In this document: positions 1 through 9,947 of the stretch, in pieces
How the letters are laid out: each line of letters opens with the position of its first letter
Numbering within the stretch: position 1 is the first letter of the stretch
Source: Alphaproteobacteria bacterium
Lineage (GTDB): Bacteria > Pseudomonadota > Alphaproteobacteria > UBA828
Assembly: GCA_963667785.2 (NCBI GenBank)
Contig: CAXXMU010000001.1
Coordinates: 960,001-1,024,000 of the forward strand
Direction: 5' to 3'
DNA length: 64,000 nucleotides
Program-made: the position numbers and the translations under genes
Notes under the pieces: generated by a model
What the model was told of the DNA's origin: nothing
Database searches by the model: none
The model's input: the letters and a program-made list of their open reading frames with translations, nothing else

Positions 1-404
1 GCCCGTCACCGTCGCGGCCACGTCGACCGCATCGCCCGCCGGACCGCCGCGTCCTCCTCGCGCCGGCGCTTCGCGCAGCGCTCGTCGCGGTCCTCGCCGC
101 GCTCGCCCTGGCCGGCTGCGCCGGCTGCGGGCATCGCCCCGGCTTCGTCCCGGTGCACTCCGTGCTTCGCCGGTGCCGGCTTCGCCGCGCACCGTTCTCC
201 GCACTGCTCCCCGCAGTAGCGCCCGCACAAACGCGGCCGGCCGCGCCATCGCCTCCGGCACCGTGCTGCGCACGACTGCCTGCGGCTCCGGCCGCACCGC
301 CCGCCACTCAATCGCCGCGGCGGCTCCGATCTGCCGGGTCCTCCGGCGTCGATTCCCCCATCGCTCATACATCGCGAATCGTGCTCTGACCGGCCATGGC
401 CGGC

Positions 405-440
405 CTCGGTTTTCACACCCGACGCATCGTTGATGCAGTA
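405..440 (-). other. oriT: Origin of transfer (MOB_F-type nick site, predicted nick between 415 and 414)
   Basis: Minus strand reads GCATC-AAC-GATGC hairpin then GTCGGGTGT^G; same architecture as F (TGCGTGGGGTGT^GG) and R388 nic sites; about 1 kb from the relaxase. Confidence 0.75.
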
Positions 441-457
441 CTCGCGGTGGCTGCTCA

Positions 458-681
458 TGTCCGCTATTGGCGGGCCATGCCCCGGCCCTGCGCTCCACTG
501 TCCGCTCCTGTCCGCTCCTGGCGCGCCGGAAAACCTGCCACCGATTGGAGGCACCGAACGCTCGTGTCACACCGGAAAAACACGCCGTAACATCAAGGCG
601 TTGGCGCCGCCGCCACCGATCGGTGGCAAAGCCTGTCGCAACAGTTCCCCGGCGCTGTCCTGCGTGCCTCCAAAAGGTGGC
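458..681. repeat. oriT-associated repeats
   Basis: TGTCCGCT at 458, 499 and 509 (tandem CTGTCCGCTC 498-517); GCCACCGATTGGAGGCAC 537-554 inverted to GTGCCTCCAAAAGGTGGC 664-681 (16/18); perfect palindrome GCCACCGATCGGTGGC 612-627. Confidence 0.75.
591..603 (+). promoter_or_regulatory. IHF-like binding site in the oriT region
   Basis: CATCAAGGCGTTG vs consensus WATCAANNNNTTR (one mismatch). Confidence 0.4.
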
Positions 682-1018
682 GCACCATCCAGGCCACACG
701 GCGATGGCGCCCTTTCGCCGACCGCGCCTCCCGGCTTCCATCCCGCCGCCGATATTCCCCCCGCGCGGATCGGCCCCCGTCCGATTTGCACGGCGCCGCG
801 AGGCCAATTCGCTCCGCCAACACTGCGCGCGGCGGGCGTCGAGCGCGCTCGAACGATAACGCCGCGCTCCGATGAGGACCCGTAATCGGCTGCGCCCCGT
901 GCTTCGATGCCAGGCGCCGGGTCGCGGCAGGCACTGCCGTCCACCCGGCGCAGGCAGGGCCGGCAGCGAGGCGAGGGGCGGCGGCGGCCGGTTTCGACCG
1001 CCGGGCGCGGCCGGCGGC

Positions 1019-1381
1019 TCAGCCCGTGTCCCGGCGCTCGGGCCCGCCCGGGGCGCCGGCACCCTCCGGAGCCGCCCCTTCGGCGTCCGGGTCGGGCACG
1101 ATGGTGGAGATGAACGCGCGGATTTCCTCGACCTCCGCGCCGCGCCCGGCCGCGATGAGGCCGCGGGCGAGGACCTGCGCGGCGAACAGGGAGGCGCGTG
1201 CGACGCGCAGCTCGGCCACGTTCCGCGGGCCTTCCCGGCGGTCCAGCGCTTCCATCGCGAGCGTCATGACGAGCTGGTTGGCGCTGAGCGCGGTACCCTC
1301 GGCGGCCCGTTCGATCCGTTCCCACTCCCCGGGGCGCACGCGGACGTTCTTCTTCACGGTCCGTTCGATGGAGTCCGTCAT
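1019..1381 (-). CDS. Ribbon-helix-helix-like relaxosome accessory protein
   Basis: N-terminal KNVRVRPGEWERIERAA...SANQLV strand-helix-helix pattern; lies between traI and oriT. Confidence 0.55.
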   Translation of the reverse strand: MTDSIERTVKKNVRVRPGEWERIERAAEGTALSANQLVMTLAMEALDRREGPRNVAELRVARASLFAAQVLARGLIAAGRGAEVEEIRAFISTIVPDPDAEGAAPEGAGAPGGPERRDTG

Positions 1382-1467
1382 CGTTTCCTTGCGCCTTTCG
1401 TGTCGATCCGTTCCTCGCCGGCGGTCCCGTCAGCCGGCAATCCGCACCCGGTCCGGCCCGCGCGATG

Positions 1468-4455
1468 TCACAGCGCGAGCTCTCGGTCCGCGCCCTTCGG
1501 CGCCCGAACCGGCTCCGGTTCCGGCGACGATGCGCCCCCGCGCTCCCGCGACACCGTTGCGCCGGTCCCGCGATCCGCGCTCCTGCCCGCCTCCGCTCCG
1601 GCCTCTTGCCCCTTCGCGCGCTCCGGCTCGACCGCTTCCAGCGCCGCGATGCGCTCGCCGGTGGCGGCTTCGAGCTGCTCCTTCAGCGCCGCCCGGTCGT
1701 CGGTGACGAGCTCGGCCCGGTCGCGCGCGCGGGAGATCTCGACGTAGAACGACTTCTGCGTGGTGAGGTGGGGATGGTTGGCCTCCATCGCGGCGATCAC
1801 GGTGTCCACCGTTCGGCCCTGGAACGCATGCACGGTGGAGGCCCAGGCGCGGTCGAGGTGGCGGAGCTGCGGATCGCCGGGGGCGAGGTCGAGCATGCGT
1901 CCGTCCTCGAGACGGAACGTCACCCGGCCGTCTCCGACCGCCTCGACCTCGGCGGTGCCGCTGTTGACGAGGCCGAGGCCGGCATCGTTGCGCGTCCAGC
2001 GGATGCGGTCGCCGGCGCGCAGTTCGATCTCCTCGCTCCGGTACACCTCGACGCCGCCCGCGCGCGCCGCGATCCGGTTGGGCTCCCAGGCGACGGAACG
2101 CCCGTCCGCACCCTCCAGGTTCACCGTCCGCGTCTTGCGGTCGACGCCCGCGACGCGCAGCTCGTCGCCCTTGTCGACCCCGAGGCGCTTGTAGGAGCGG
2201 TGGAAGGCAACCACGTCGCCCGGCATGTAGTTCGCCGCGAGGGTCTTCTCGGCACTGGTATAGCCGCGCGAGACGAGCCGCTCCGCCGTCATCGCGGGGC
2301 CGTGCACCGCGCCGTCGCGCACCAGGCGTTCGCGGACGATGTCGTTGATGCGCTCGCGCAGGCCGTGGCTCGGCGCCATCAGTCCGGCCTTGGCGCGTTC
2401 CTCCGGCGAGAGCGCGAGCCAGCGCGCAGCCGCCGCACCGGGGAGGTTGTCGGGCTTCACCTCTGCGACATTCTCCCCGAGCTTGTCGAAGGCGCGCGCG
2501 ACGTCGCCGGCGAGGCTCGCCTCGACGGCCTCCTTCAGCGCCGGGTCGCGCTGGCGCATGATCTCGTCCATGACGGCGGTCGGCATCCCCGCCTTCTGGA
2601 GCTGCGCGAACGGCTTTCCTGCATCCACCGCGTCGAGCTGCTTCGCATCGCCCACCAGCACCACGCGCGGGATGCGGAGCGCGTCCGCGATCCGGAGCAG
2701 GTTCCTTGCCTGCACCGTGGAGGCGAGCGAGCCCTCGTCGACCACCAGCGCGGTCTTCGCGAAAGCGCTGCGCATCTCCTTCTCGCCCTTCCGAGTCATG
2801 CGCCCTTCGGCGACCCCGGCGTAGCGGGCGAGGAAGCGCTGCAGGGTCTCGCTGCCGATCCCCGCCTCGCCCTCCAGCGTGCGCGCAGCCGAGGCCGAGG
2901 GCGCGAGGCCCCGGACCTCGTAGCCCTTCTTCTCCAGGAGCCCACGGGCACGCCTCAGCATGGTGGTCTTGCCCGTCCCGGCGTAGCCCTGGACGCCCAC
3001 CGTGCGGTCCCTGGCGGACAGGATCAGCTTCACCGCCTCCTTCTGCCCGGCGGTGAGGGGACCGCCCCTGAGCGCCTTGTCGACGGCGCGGGCACGCATC
3101 GGGGCGGCGCCGCGGCGCTCGCCCGCCCGCATCAGCGCGACCGTCTCGCGCTCGTCGGCCACCGCCCGGTCGGTGGTGAGCAGCCCCTCGGCGCCCGGCA
3201 GGCGGGCGGCATGCAGCGTGCCGGCCTTCTCGCAGGCCGCGACTTCGCGCTCGATGTCGCCGATCCGCGCCGCGCCGGGGTTCCAGGCGAGCGCGGCGGC
3301 GAGCAGATCGGTGCGCGCGAACACCGCCTCGCGCTCCGACAGATGCGCCACCGCCCATTCGACGGCCCGCGATGCCAGCGATATCGGCACGTTCTCCCGA
3401 GCCGCGGGCTCCACTTCCACGGCACCGGCGCCGGGCATGGCGCCGTCCCCCGCCGCCGGACCGGGAGCCATTGTCCCTTCCGCATCCTTCCCCGCGTCCC
3501 GGCCGGCTTCCCTGGACAGCGCTTCCGCCGCGAGCCCCCTCGCGTCGAGCCCCATACCGGCGGCCTGCCGCTCCCAGCTCTCCCTGAGCGCGTCCCGGTC
3601 GACGTCGCGCTTGGCCGCGCGGGTCATCAGCGCCGCGCGCTGGGCAAGACGCTGATTCTCGGCGGTGTCCCCGCCGCCCCGCTCCGCCACCGCCGCCTCG
3701 ATCTCCGCGCGGCGGGTCGAGAACGCCTCCACGACCTCGCGGGACACGCCCGCGATCTCGAAGCGCCCGTCGGCGTGGGTCTTCTCGATGCCGTATCCGA
3801 GGCGGGAAAGGCCGGCCGCGAGCTCGCTGCGGTAGAGCGCGCCGAGCAGCATCTTCGATTCGTAGAGCTTCTCGTTCGCCATCGAGCGCCACTTGCCGGA
3901 CCGGGGTGTTCCCCCGTCCTCGCCCAGCACCATGTTGGCGATCACCGCATGGGTGTGCAGCGCCGGGTCGAGGTTGCGCGAGGTGTCGTGGCGGAAGGTG
4001 GCGATCACCGTCTTCTGGCCGCCGGTGCGGACCATGCGGCCGGTCCCAGAATCCTTCATGCGGGTCTGGGCCACGTTCTTCTCGAACCAGGCAAGCGTGC
4101 GCGCGACGGCCCGGTCGTGGGCGTCGATCACGCGGCCGTCGCCGCCGACCAGCGCCGCGAGCGAGACCGATTTGGGGGCCGAGAGGGTGAGGTCGCGGCC
4201 GGGGCGGTGCAGGATCTCGCCGTCCTTGCCGCGGCGGCCGAGCTCTGTGCCCGAGCCGTCCGGCACCTTTCCTTCGAGCACCGCGCGGAAGGTGTCGGGA
4301 TCCACCGGGCCGGTCAGCCCGAGCTCCTCCGCTCCCTTGCCCGCCCAGGCGCTCGCGTCGCGGTGCGCGGGATCGTCCTTGGCGTAGTAGCCGTCTCGCT
4401 CGTAGTAGTGCGCTCCCTGGGCCGGCGCGGCGACGGCCCCGATGGAAGCGACCAT
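1468..4455 (-). CDS. traI: MOB_F conjugative relaxase-helicase (TrwC-like)
   Basis: HYYERDGYY tyrosines, DLTLSAPKSVS, HDTSRNLDPALHTH, helicase motifs GYAGTGKTT, VDEGS, LVGDAKQL. Confidence 0.95.
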   Translation of the reverse strand: MVASIGAVAAPAQGAHYYERDGYYAKDDPAHRDASAWAGKGAEELGLTGPVDPDTFRAVLEGKVPDGSGTELGRRGKDGEILHRPGRDLTLSAPKSVSLAALVGGDGRVIDAHDRAVARTLAWFEKNVAQTRMKDSGTGRMVRTGGQKTVIATFRHDTSRNLDPALHTHAVIANMVLGEDGGTPRSGKWRSMANEKLYESKMLLGALYRSELAAGLSRLGYGIEKTHADGRFEIAGVSREVVEAFSTRRAEIEAAVAERGGGDTAENQRLAQRAALMTRAAKRDVDRDALRESWERQAAGMGLDARGLAAEALSREAGRDAGKDAEGTMAPGPAAGDGAMPGAGAVEVEPAARENVPISLASRAVEWAVAHLSEREAVFARTDLLAAALAWNPGAARIGDIEREVAACEKAGTLHAARLPGAEGLLTTDRAVADERETVALMRAGERRGAAPMRARAVDKALRGGPLTAGQKEAVKLILSARDRTVGVQGYAGTGKTTMLRRARGLLEKKGYEVRGLAPSASAARTLEGEAGIGSETLQRFLARYAGVAEGRMTRKGEKEMRSAFAKTALVVDEGSLASTVQARNLLRIADALRIPRVVLVGDAKQLDAVDAGKPFAQLQKAGMPTAVMDEIMRQRDPALKEAVEASLAGDVARAFDKLGENVAEVKPDNLPGAAAARWLALSPEERAKAGLMAPSHGLRERINDIVRERLVRDGAVHGPAMTAERLVSRGYTSAEKTLAANYMPGDVVAFHRSYKRLGVDKGDELRVAGVDRKTRTVNLEGADGRSVAWEPNRIAARAGGVEVYRSEEIELRAGDRIRWTRNDAGLGLVNSGTAEVEAVGDGRVTFRLEDGRMLDLAPGDPQLRHLDRAWASTVHAFQGRTVDTVIAAMEANHPHLTTQKSFYVEISRARDRAELVTDDRAALKEQLEAATGERIAALEAVEPERAKGQEAGAEAGRSADRGTGATVSRERGGASSPEPEPVRAPKGADRELAL

Positions 4456-4456
4456 G

Positions 4457-6520
4457 TCAGATCGCGACGCCCGGCTCAGTGCCGGGCGCCGGGCCTTCCT
4501 CCGGCTTGCGGTCCTCGGTCTCCGATTCTCCGTCCGCGGAATCCCCGGCGCCTTCCGGCGCGTCCTCCGCTTCGCCGTCCGCGGCCTCGCCCGGCAGCGG
4601 CACCGGCTCCAGCCCCTCGTCCTTCGCCGGCGACGCGTCTTCCGGCTCCGCCACGGTTTCGCCCTGCAGCGCCGCGATCGCGATGCCGCTGTCCTCCGGG
4701 ACCGCCGATCCCGCTTCCGCGCGCGCCGCGCCGCCGCCCGCCGGTTCCGACCGGCCGTCGTCGCGCGGCACGAACCGCTCGGCCGCCTTCGGCCGGGCGA
4801 CGTAATTCAGGCGGATGGAGGCGACCGGGAAGGGGCCGGGGAACTTCAGATACCCCTCCAGGTTGGCCAGCCGCATGATCTCGGACGGCAGCGCCAGCGC
4901 CCGGAGCTCGCGGCGCGGCGTCAGGCTCACCCCGTCGCGGATGGTGTTGGCGCCGTATGAGAACCCCTCGGAGACCTCCTCGATCTCGCTGCGGCCCAGG
5001 CTGTCGGCCGACCACTGCGCGGTGTCCCGGTCGGGCGCGGCCAGCACCACGCGGGTGCCGCAAAGCCCGGAGATGGTCTCCGCGCCGTTCCGCCCGTAGA
5101 GGTCGCGCAACGCCGAGGCGACCTGCACGCCGAGCACGAAGCAGCCACCGAACTGGCGGCTTTCGGCGAGCCCCGGCTGAAGGCTCGGCACCTGGTGGAG
5201 CGTCGGCAGCTCGTCGAGGATGACCCAGATGCGCCTGTCCGGTCCTTGCGCGAGCGACAGCATCGCGTTGACCGCGATCTCCAGCCAGGTCGAGATCAGC
5301 CCGCGCAGGGACGCGTGCTGGTCGCCCCTCGACGTCAGGAACAGAAACGAGGGAACGCCTCGGTCCCCGTCCCGGTCCTCGTCGGAGATCCACTCCCGGA
5401 TCGAGAACGGCTTGCCTGTATCGGGCAGGAACTCCAGCGCCGACAGGTTGGCGGTCAGCATGGCGCGCACCGAGAGCGCGGTCTTGGGGTTCTCGGGATC
5501 GACGATGGACTGCGCCACCGTCCCTTCCATGGCTTGCGCGAGCGCCGTCAGGTCGGTCTTGAGCAGGTGATCGACCAGGACGCGGTTCTCGGTAATGCCC
5601 TTCCGGCGCAGCACGCCGGCGCCGTTGGAGAAGAGCTGGCGCGCCGCCGTCACCCAGAAGGGATCGACGGTGTCCTTCTGCTGCGGGATCAGCGCCGCGG
5701 CCATCATGTCGAAGTCGCGGGGGTTCCTCGCCTCCAGGAAGGGCGACCAGCGCGGCGCGCGGGCGTCCAGCGGGTTGAGCAGCACGTCGCGGTCCTCATC
5801 GAAGAAGGCGCGCGTGTAGCTCCCCATCTTGTCGTAGATCACGCAGCGCTCGCCGCGTTCGCGGATCTGCGACACCAGGTCGGAGATCAGCACCGTCTTG
5901 CCCGAGCCGGTGGTGCCCGAGACGATGGTGTGCTGGGTCTCCGTGCGCTCCGGATACGGGATGCCGGCGATCGCGTAGGGGCGGAAACGCCGACCGCCCG
6001 GAAGGACGCCCAGGAAGCGTTCATGGGGCGATTGCACCCTCCGGCGCAGCTCGCCGGCGGTGACCATCTCGGCGCCCCGGATGCGCTTCTGCCGGCCGAG
6101 CTGGGCGCCCCGCACCCAGAACACGACCAGGAACAGTCCGATCAGCCCGGCCCCGGCCATGGCCCCGAGCCCGGCGCTCGCGAACATCTCGGCCTTGATG
6201 CGCTCGCGCGCCTCCAGCGCCGGGACCGAGGCCGCGATCTCGCGGATCCGCAATACGCGCCGCGTGCCGTCGGCGAAGCGGATTTCCTGGCCCGAGTCCG
6301 GGTCGTAGCCGAGGACGAGCTTGACCTCGGCCAGCGTCACCATGCCCGCGGCGTACCACTCCGCCCCGGTGGTGCGGTGCCAGAGCGTCCAGGCGGGCAC
6401 GGCGACGGTGGTGAAGGCTGCGAACAGCATCGCGGCCCGGAACAGTTGTCCCCACATGCGGATCGCGTGGAAGACGGTCTGGCCGCCCCGGAGCGTGCTG
6501 CCGCCGATGCCCCGCATCAC
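4457..6520 (-). CDS. traD: Type IV coupling protein TraD (ATG at 6517 is an alternative start)
   Basis: Two N-terminal TM segments, Walker A GTTGSGKT, LLNPLDARAPRW, Walker B ILDELPTL, acidic tail. Confidence 0.95.
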   Translation of the reverse strand: MMRGIGGSTLRGGQTVFHAIRMWGQLFRAAMLFAAFTTVAVPAWTLWHRTTGAEWYAAGMVTLAEVKLVLGYDPDSGQEIRFADGTRRVLRIREIAASVPALEARERIKAEMFASAGLGAMAGAGLIGLFLVVFWVRGAQLGRQKRIRGAEMVTAGELRRRVQSPHERFLGVLPGGRRFRPYAIAGIPYPERTETQHTIVSGTTGSGKTVLISDLVSQIRERGERCVIYDKMGSYTRAFFDEDRDVLLNPLDARAPRWSPFLEARNPRDFDMMAAALIPQQKDTVDPFWVTAARQLFSNGAGVLRRKGITENRVLVDHLLKTDLTALAQAMEGTVAQSIVDPENPKTALSVRAMLTANLSALEFLPDTGKPFSIREWISDEDRDGDRGVPSFLFLTSRGDQHASLRGLISTWLEIAVNAMLSLAQGPDRRIWVILDELPTLHQVPSLQPGLAESRQFGGCFVLGVQVASALRDLYGRNGAETISGLCGTRVVLAAPDRDTAQWSADSLGRSEIEEVSEGFSYGANTIRDGVSLTPRRELRALALPSEIMRLANLEGYLKFPGPFPVASIRLNYVARPKAAERFVPRDDGRSEPAGGGAARAEAGSAVPEDSGIAIAALQGETVAEPEDASPAKDEGLEPVPLPGEAADGEAEDAPEGAGDSADGESETEDRKPEEGPAPGTEPGVAI

Positions 6521-6639
6521 GTTCTCCCCGTCCCGGCGTGGATCGCCGTCCGGAGGTCGAGGTGGGCCGGGAGCCGGGCGAAGGAGACCGGGCCGGGTGG
6601 AGATTCCCTTATCCCCTTCCGGCGGTATGATCGGAGGTC

Positions 6640-7014
6640 ATGAACATGACGCGAACATTCGACGGCCGGACGGGGCCCGCCGGCCAACCCGCAGCGACCC
6701 GGTCCACCTGGCGCGAGCGCCTGTTCGTGCTCGGCGGGCTTGCCCTGGCGGCGCTCTACACCGCCGCGTCGCTGGCGGCCGGCGCCGGCGCGGAGGCCAT
6801 CGGCACCCTCTGGATGGCCGCGATCGCCTGGACCGCCCTGGCCGCCCTCGCCGCCGCGCTCTGGCAAGGCGTTCGCCGCCGCGACTGGTCGGCGTTCCGC
6901 CGCACCCGGCTTCCCGACGGCAGCCGCGACACATTCGACTGGGGCACCCGGACCGGCGCTTACGCCTATCTCCGCATCCAGGAGGAGCACGAACGGCTGA
7001 TGCGCGGCGACTGA
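6640..7014 (+). CDS. Small membrane protein, candidate entry-exclusion factor
   Basis: GGAGG RBS, two hydrophobic segments, convergent with the traG 3' end. Confidence 0.5.
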   Translation: MNMTRTFDGRTGPAGQPAATRSTWRERLFVLGGLALAALYTAASLAAGAGAEAIGTLWMAAIAWTALAALAAALWQGVRRRDWSAFRRTRLPDGSRDTFDWGTRTGAYAYLRIQEEHERLMRGD

Positions 7015-7028
7015 GCGCACCGGCCGCA

Positions 7029-9935
7029 TCACGGCGACTGGTTTCCCCAGTCCGGCGTGGGGATCGTCCTGCGTTCTTCCCCGGCACCGTCCGGCGCGGC
7101 GTTCCGCGCGGTGCCGAACAGCTTGCCCGCGAGCCAGCCGCCGACGAAGGGCAGGTTCTCCGTGGCATGGTGCTCGAAGGGTTTTTCGGTCTCGACCGCC
7201 ACCCCGACGCGGCCCTCGCGGGCGTCCTCCCGGGCGATATCCGTCCGCGCCTCGCGCGCGCTGCCGCGCACGATCATGTCGGTCTCCGCCCGCGCGCCTT
7301 CCCGGATCGCGCCCTCCGGCACGTCGCCCGGCCGCGGCGTACCCGCCGCCCCCGCGCGGTCGCGCACCGCTTCGGACCAGCCGGCATGGGCCGCCGCGGT
7401 CTCGCCGGCATAGGACTCCCGCACCTTGCCCGCCGCGTCCTCGTAGACCGCCGCGCCGCCGACCGACGCCGGGTCCGGCCCGGCCGGCGCGGGGAATTTT
7501 TCAGCGATGAACGCGGCGGCATGCTCGCGCAGGGTCTCCGCGTCCTCCGCCGTCTGCACCGAGATCAGGGCGGTCGCCCCCGCCGCGCCGATCGGCCTGC
7601 CGTCCGTGCCCGTCCGCTCAGACAGCCAGGCGAAGAAGGGCTGGGCGAGGTCGCGGTCGACGGCCTGCGCTTGGCTGCGCACCTGCGCCTCCTGCTCCGA
7701 CCAGGTCTCCGACTCCTGGCGCGCCAGCGAGGCCCGCTCCTGGTAGCTCCGCATGCGCGTGAGGTTGGCGTTGAGGCTCTCGTCGAGGCTCGCCAGCTCG
7801 CTCTCGCCGGTGGCCGTGGAGTAGCGCCGCGAGGCCTCCGAGACCCGCGACCACAGCTCCGTCACCCCGTGCTGGCGGTCGTACTCCTTCATGCGGTTCC
7901 AGGCGTCGGACTCGATGGTCTCGCCGCGCCAGGTCGCGCTCCCGCTCGCGCCGAGCTTGACGATCTTCTCCAGCCCGCCGCCGATCTTCGCCTCGCCGGT
8001 CAGCACCGCGGCCTGGTTCTTGGTGATGCCGCCGATCTCGGCGAGCTTCTCGTAATGCGCCTCCAGCGCCTGCACCTGGGCGCTCTCGCTCTCCGTCACC
8101 CCCCTGGCGTGGGCCTCGCCGACGCTGACGTCATGGCTGTAGCGCTCCACCAGCCCGGTCGCGTCGCTGACGGCCGCGTTCCGCGCCATGCCCGCCTGCA
8201 CGTCCCAGTTGCGGGCGAGGCCCCGGGCCTCCGCCGCCCGGGTCTCGTAGCTGGTGGCCAGCGACTCCGAGAGCCGCACCCCGGCGGCCGGGATGCGGCT
8301 GGTGGCCGACGACGCGTCCACGACCGCCGTCCCGTCCCCGGTCACGACGAACCCCGCGCCCGCCGGCGCATAGCCGGTGTAGCGGTCGGTATCGACATGA
8401 GCCGAGGTGCGGATCTGGCGGCCCTCCAGGGTCGCGAAGCGGTGCGTGTCGTAACCGGTGTTGGCGAGCGAGAGGTTGCCCGTCGTGCCCTCGTGCGCCG
8501 CCGAGCTTGCCGCGTCCTGGCCCACGGCCAGCACCGAGGTCGCGAGCACCGTCGCCTTCGACAGCCCGTAGGCGAGCGCGGCGGCGAGGAACGGCACCGA
8601 CATCGAGAGGTAGCCCGACATCACCGCGACGTCGGACGCGACCGCCCTGATCCCCGCCTGGGCCACCAGCGAGATGCCGATATCGCCGCCGGGCATCGCC
8701 GCGGCGGCCTGCATCCGCTCGGCCGCCTCGCCCATGCTGATCCGGTGCAGCACGGCATAGAGCGGCCCCCAGGATTGCAGCCACACCAGCCCGGTGACGT
8801 AGGAGCGGAAGATCGGCAGCCCCGCCGGGGTCAGCATCAGCAGCACCGCCATCGGGAAGGCGCCGACATAGAGGCACTCGAAGACGATGCGGAGCAGCGG
8901 CACCCAGGTCTCCGCCTGCCTGCCGATCGCCCGGTAGGCCGAGACGGTCTGCGCTTCCGCCCTCGCCTCGGTGTAGGCCCTCAAGGCGGCCGCGTTGCCG
9001 GCCTCCGCCGCCCACTGCTCGCCCGCGTCGTGGACGGCGTTCAGCACCATCTGCTGGCGCATGATCTCGGCCGCCGAGCGCGCCGCGCCGATGAGGAAGT
9101 CGTGCGCTGCGGGCAGCGCGGCCAGCAGCTCGGCGCGCGCCAGCGCCTCGGTGCGCGCGTCCGGGAAGATGCGCCGCCCGAACACCGTGCCGGCGCGGGC
9201 GATCTCCGCGTTCCACAGCCCGTTCAGCCGCGCCGCTGCCACCTGGCAGGTGACGATTGTGCGGTCGATGGGCGTCGCTCCGGTGCCCGTCGCCGGCTGT
9301 CTCGTCGCGAACTCCACCATCCGCGCGGGCGAGGCCCCGGCCGAGGGCGAGCCCGAGGCGGTGACCAGCGACCAGATATCGGTCGATTCGCGCAAATCGT
9401 CCGCCGAGATGTGGCCCAGCAGCAGCGCGTGGAACACGCACTGCCTTGCGTAGTTGCGCACGTTGCGCGCGAACACTGCGTCGGTGATCTCGAGCCGGGT
9501 CGTTTTGGCCGCGAGCCTGGCCCCGAAGATCAGCCCGTGGCGCCGGTGATGGAGGTCGTTCGGCAGCGTGAAGGCCTGCTCGGTGAGGCGCGTCAGCCCG
9601 TCGCCCACCTGCGACGTGATCGAGGCGAAGAGCGCGAGGCCGATGGGGACGTTCGCCACCACGGCGGGCGCAAGCGTGGGGTCGAGACGGTCGACCACCC
9701 GGACGGTCGCCTTCGGCACGATCATCGCGCCCCAGACCACGACGAACAGCAGGATCCACTTGCCGTTGTCGCGCCAGCTCCCGCCGAAGGCCGTGCGGAA
9801 CAGCACCCAGGCGAGCCCGGCGACGCCCGCAAGCTGGGCGAGCTGGATGTAGGCCCCGCCGCCGGTGATGGCGGCGACGGCGTTCAGGAGATCGACGAGA
9901 TAGGTCCCGCCGCCGAGGGTGAAGAGCTCGTACAT
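7029..9935 (-). CDS. traG: Mating-pair stabilisation protein TraG
   Basis: MYELFTLGGGTYLVDLLNAVAA start, VANVPIGLA, multiple TM segments, long polar C-terminus; follows traH. Confidence 0.92.
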   Translation of the reverse strand: MYELFTLGGGTYLVDLLNAVAAITGGGAYIQLAQLAGVAGLAWVLFRTAFGGSWRDNGKWILLFVVVWGAMIVPKATVRVVDRLDPTLAPAVVANVPIGLALFASITSQVGDGLTRLTEQAFTLPNDLHHRRHGLIFGARLAAKTTRLEITDAVFARNVRNYARQCVFHALLLGHISADDLRESTDIWSLVTASGSPSAGASPARMVEFATRQPATGTGATPIDRTIVTCQVAAARLNGLWNAEIARAGTVFGRRIFPDARTEALARAELLAALPAAHDFLIGAARSAAEIMRQQMVLNAVHDAGEQWAAEAGNAAALRAYTEARAEAQTVSAYRAIGRQAETWVPLLRIVFECLYVGAFPMAVLLMLTPAGLPIFRSYVTGLVWLQSWGPLYAVLHRISMGEAAERMQAAAAMPGGDIGISLVAQAGIRAVASDVAVMSGYLSMSVPFLAAALAYGLSKATVLATSVLAVGQDAASSAAHEGTTGNLSLANTGYDTHRFATLEGRQIRTSAHVDTDRYTGYAPAGAGFVVTGDGTAVVDASSATSRIPAAGVRLSESLATSYETRAAEARGLARNWDVQAGMARNAAVSDATGLVERYSHDVSVGEAHARGVTESESAQVQALEAHYEKLAEIGGITKNQAAVLTGEAKIGGGLEKIVKLGASGSATWRGETIESDAWNRMKEYDRQHGVTELWSRVSEASRRYSTATGESELASLDESLNANLTRMRSYQERASLARQESETWSEQEAQVRSQAQAVDRDLAQPFFAWLSERTGTDGRPIGAAGATALISVQTAEDAETLREHAAAFIAEKFPAPAGPDPASVGGAAVYEDAAGKVRESYAGETAAAHAGWSEAVRDRAGAAGTPRPGDVPEGAIREGARAETDMIVRGSAREARTDIAREDAREGRVGVAVETEKPFEHHATENLPFVGGWLAGKLFGTARNAAPDGAGEERRTIPTPDWGNQSP

Positions 9936-9947
9936 TATATTAGGCGG

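Noticed and set aside
1-400. Short ORFs at the window start
   Set aside because: Low-complexity Arg/Pro/Ala translations with no recognisable family
1465-4878. Long antisense or alternative-frame ORFs (also 6321-9956, 28166-33085, 58927-61857 and others)
   Set aside because: High-GC shadows of well-supported genes; no recognisable motifs
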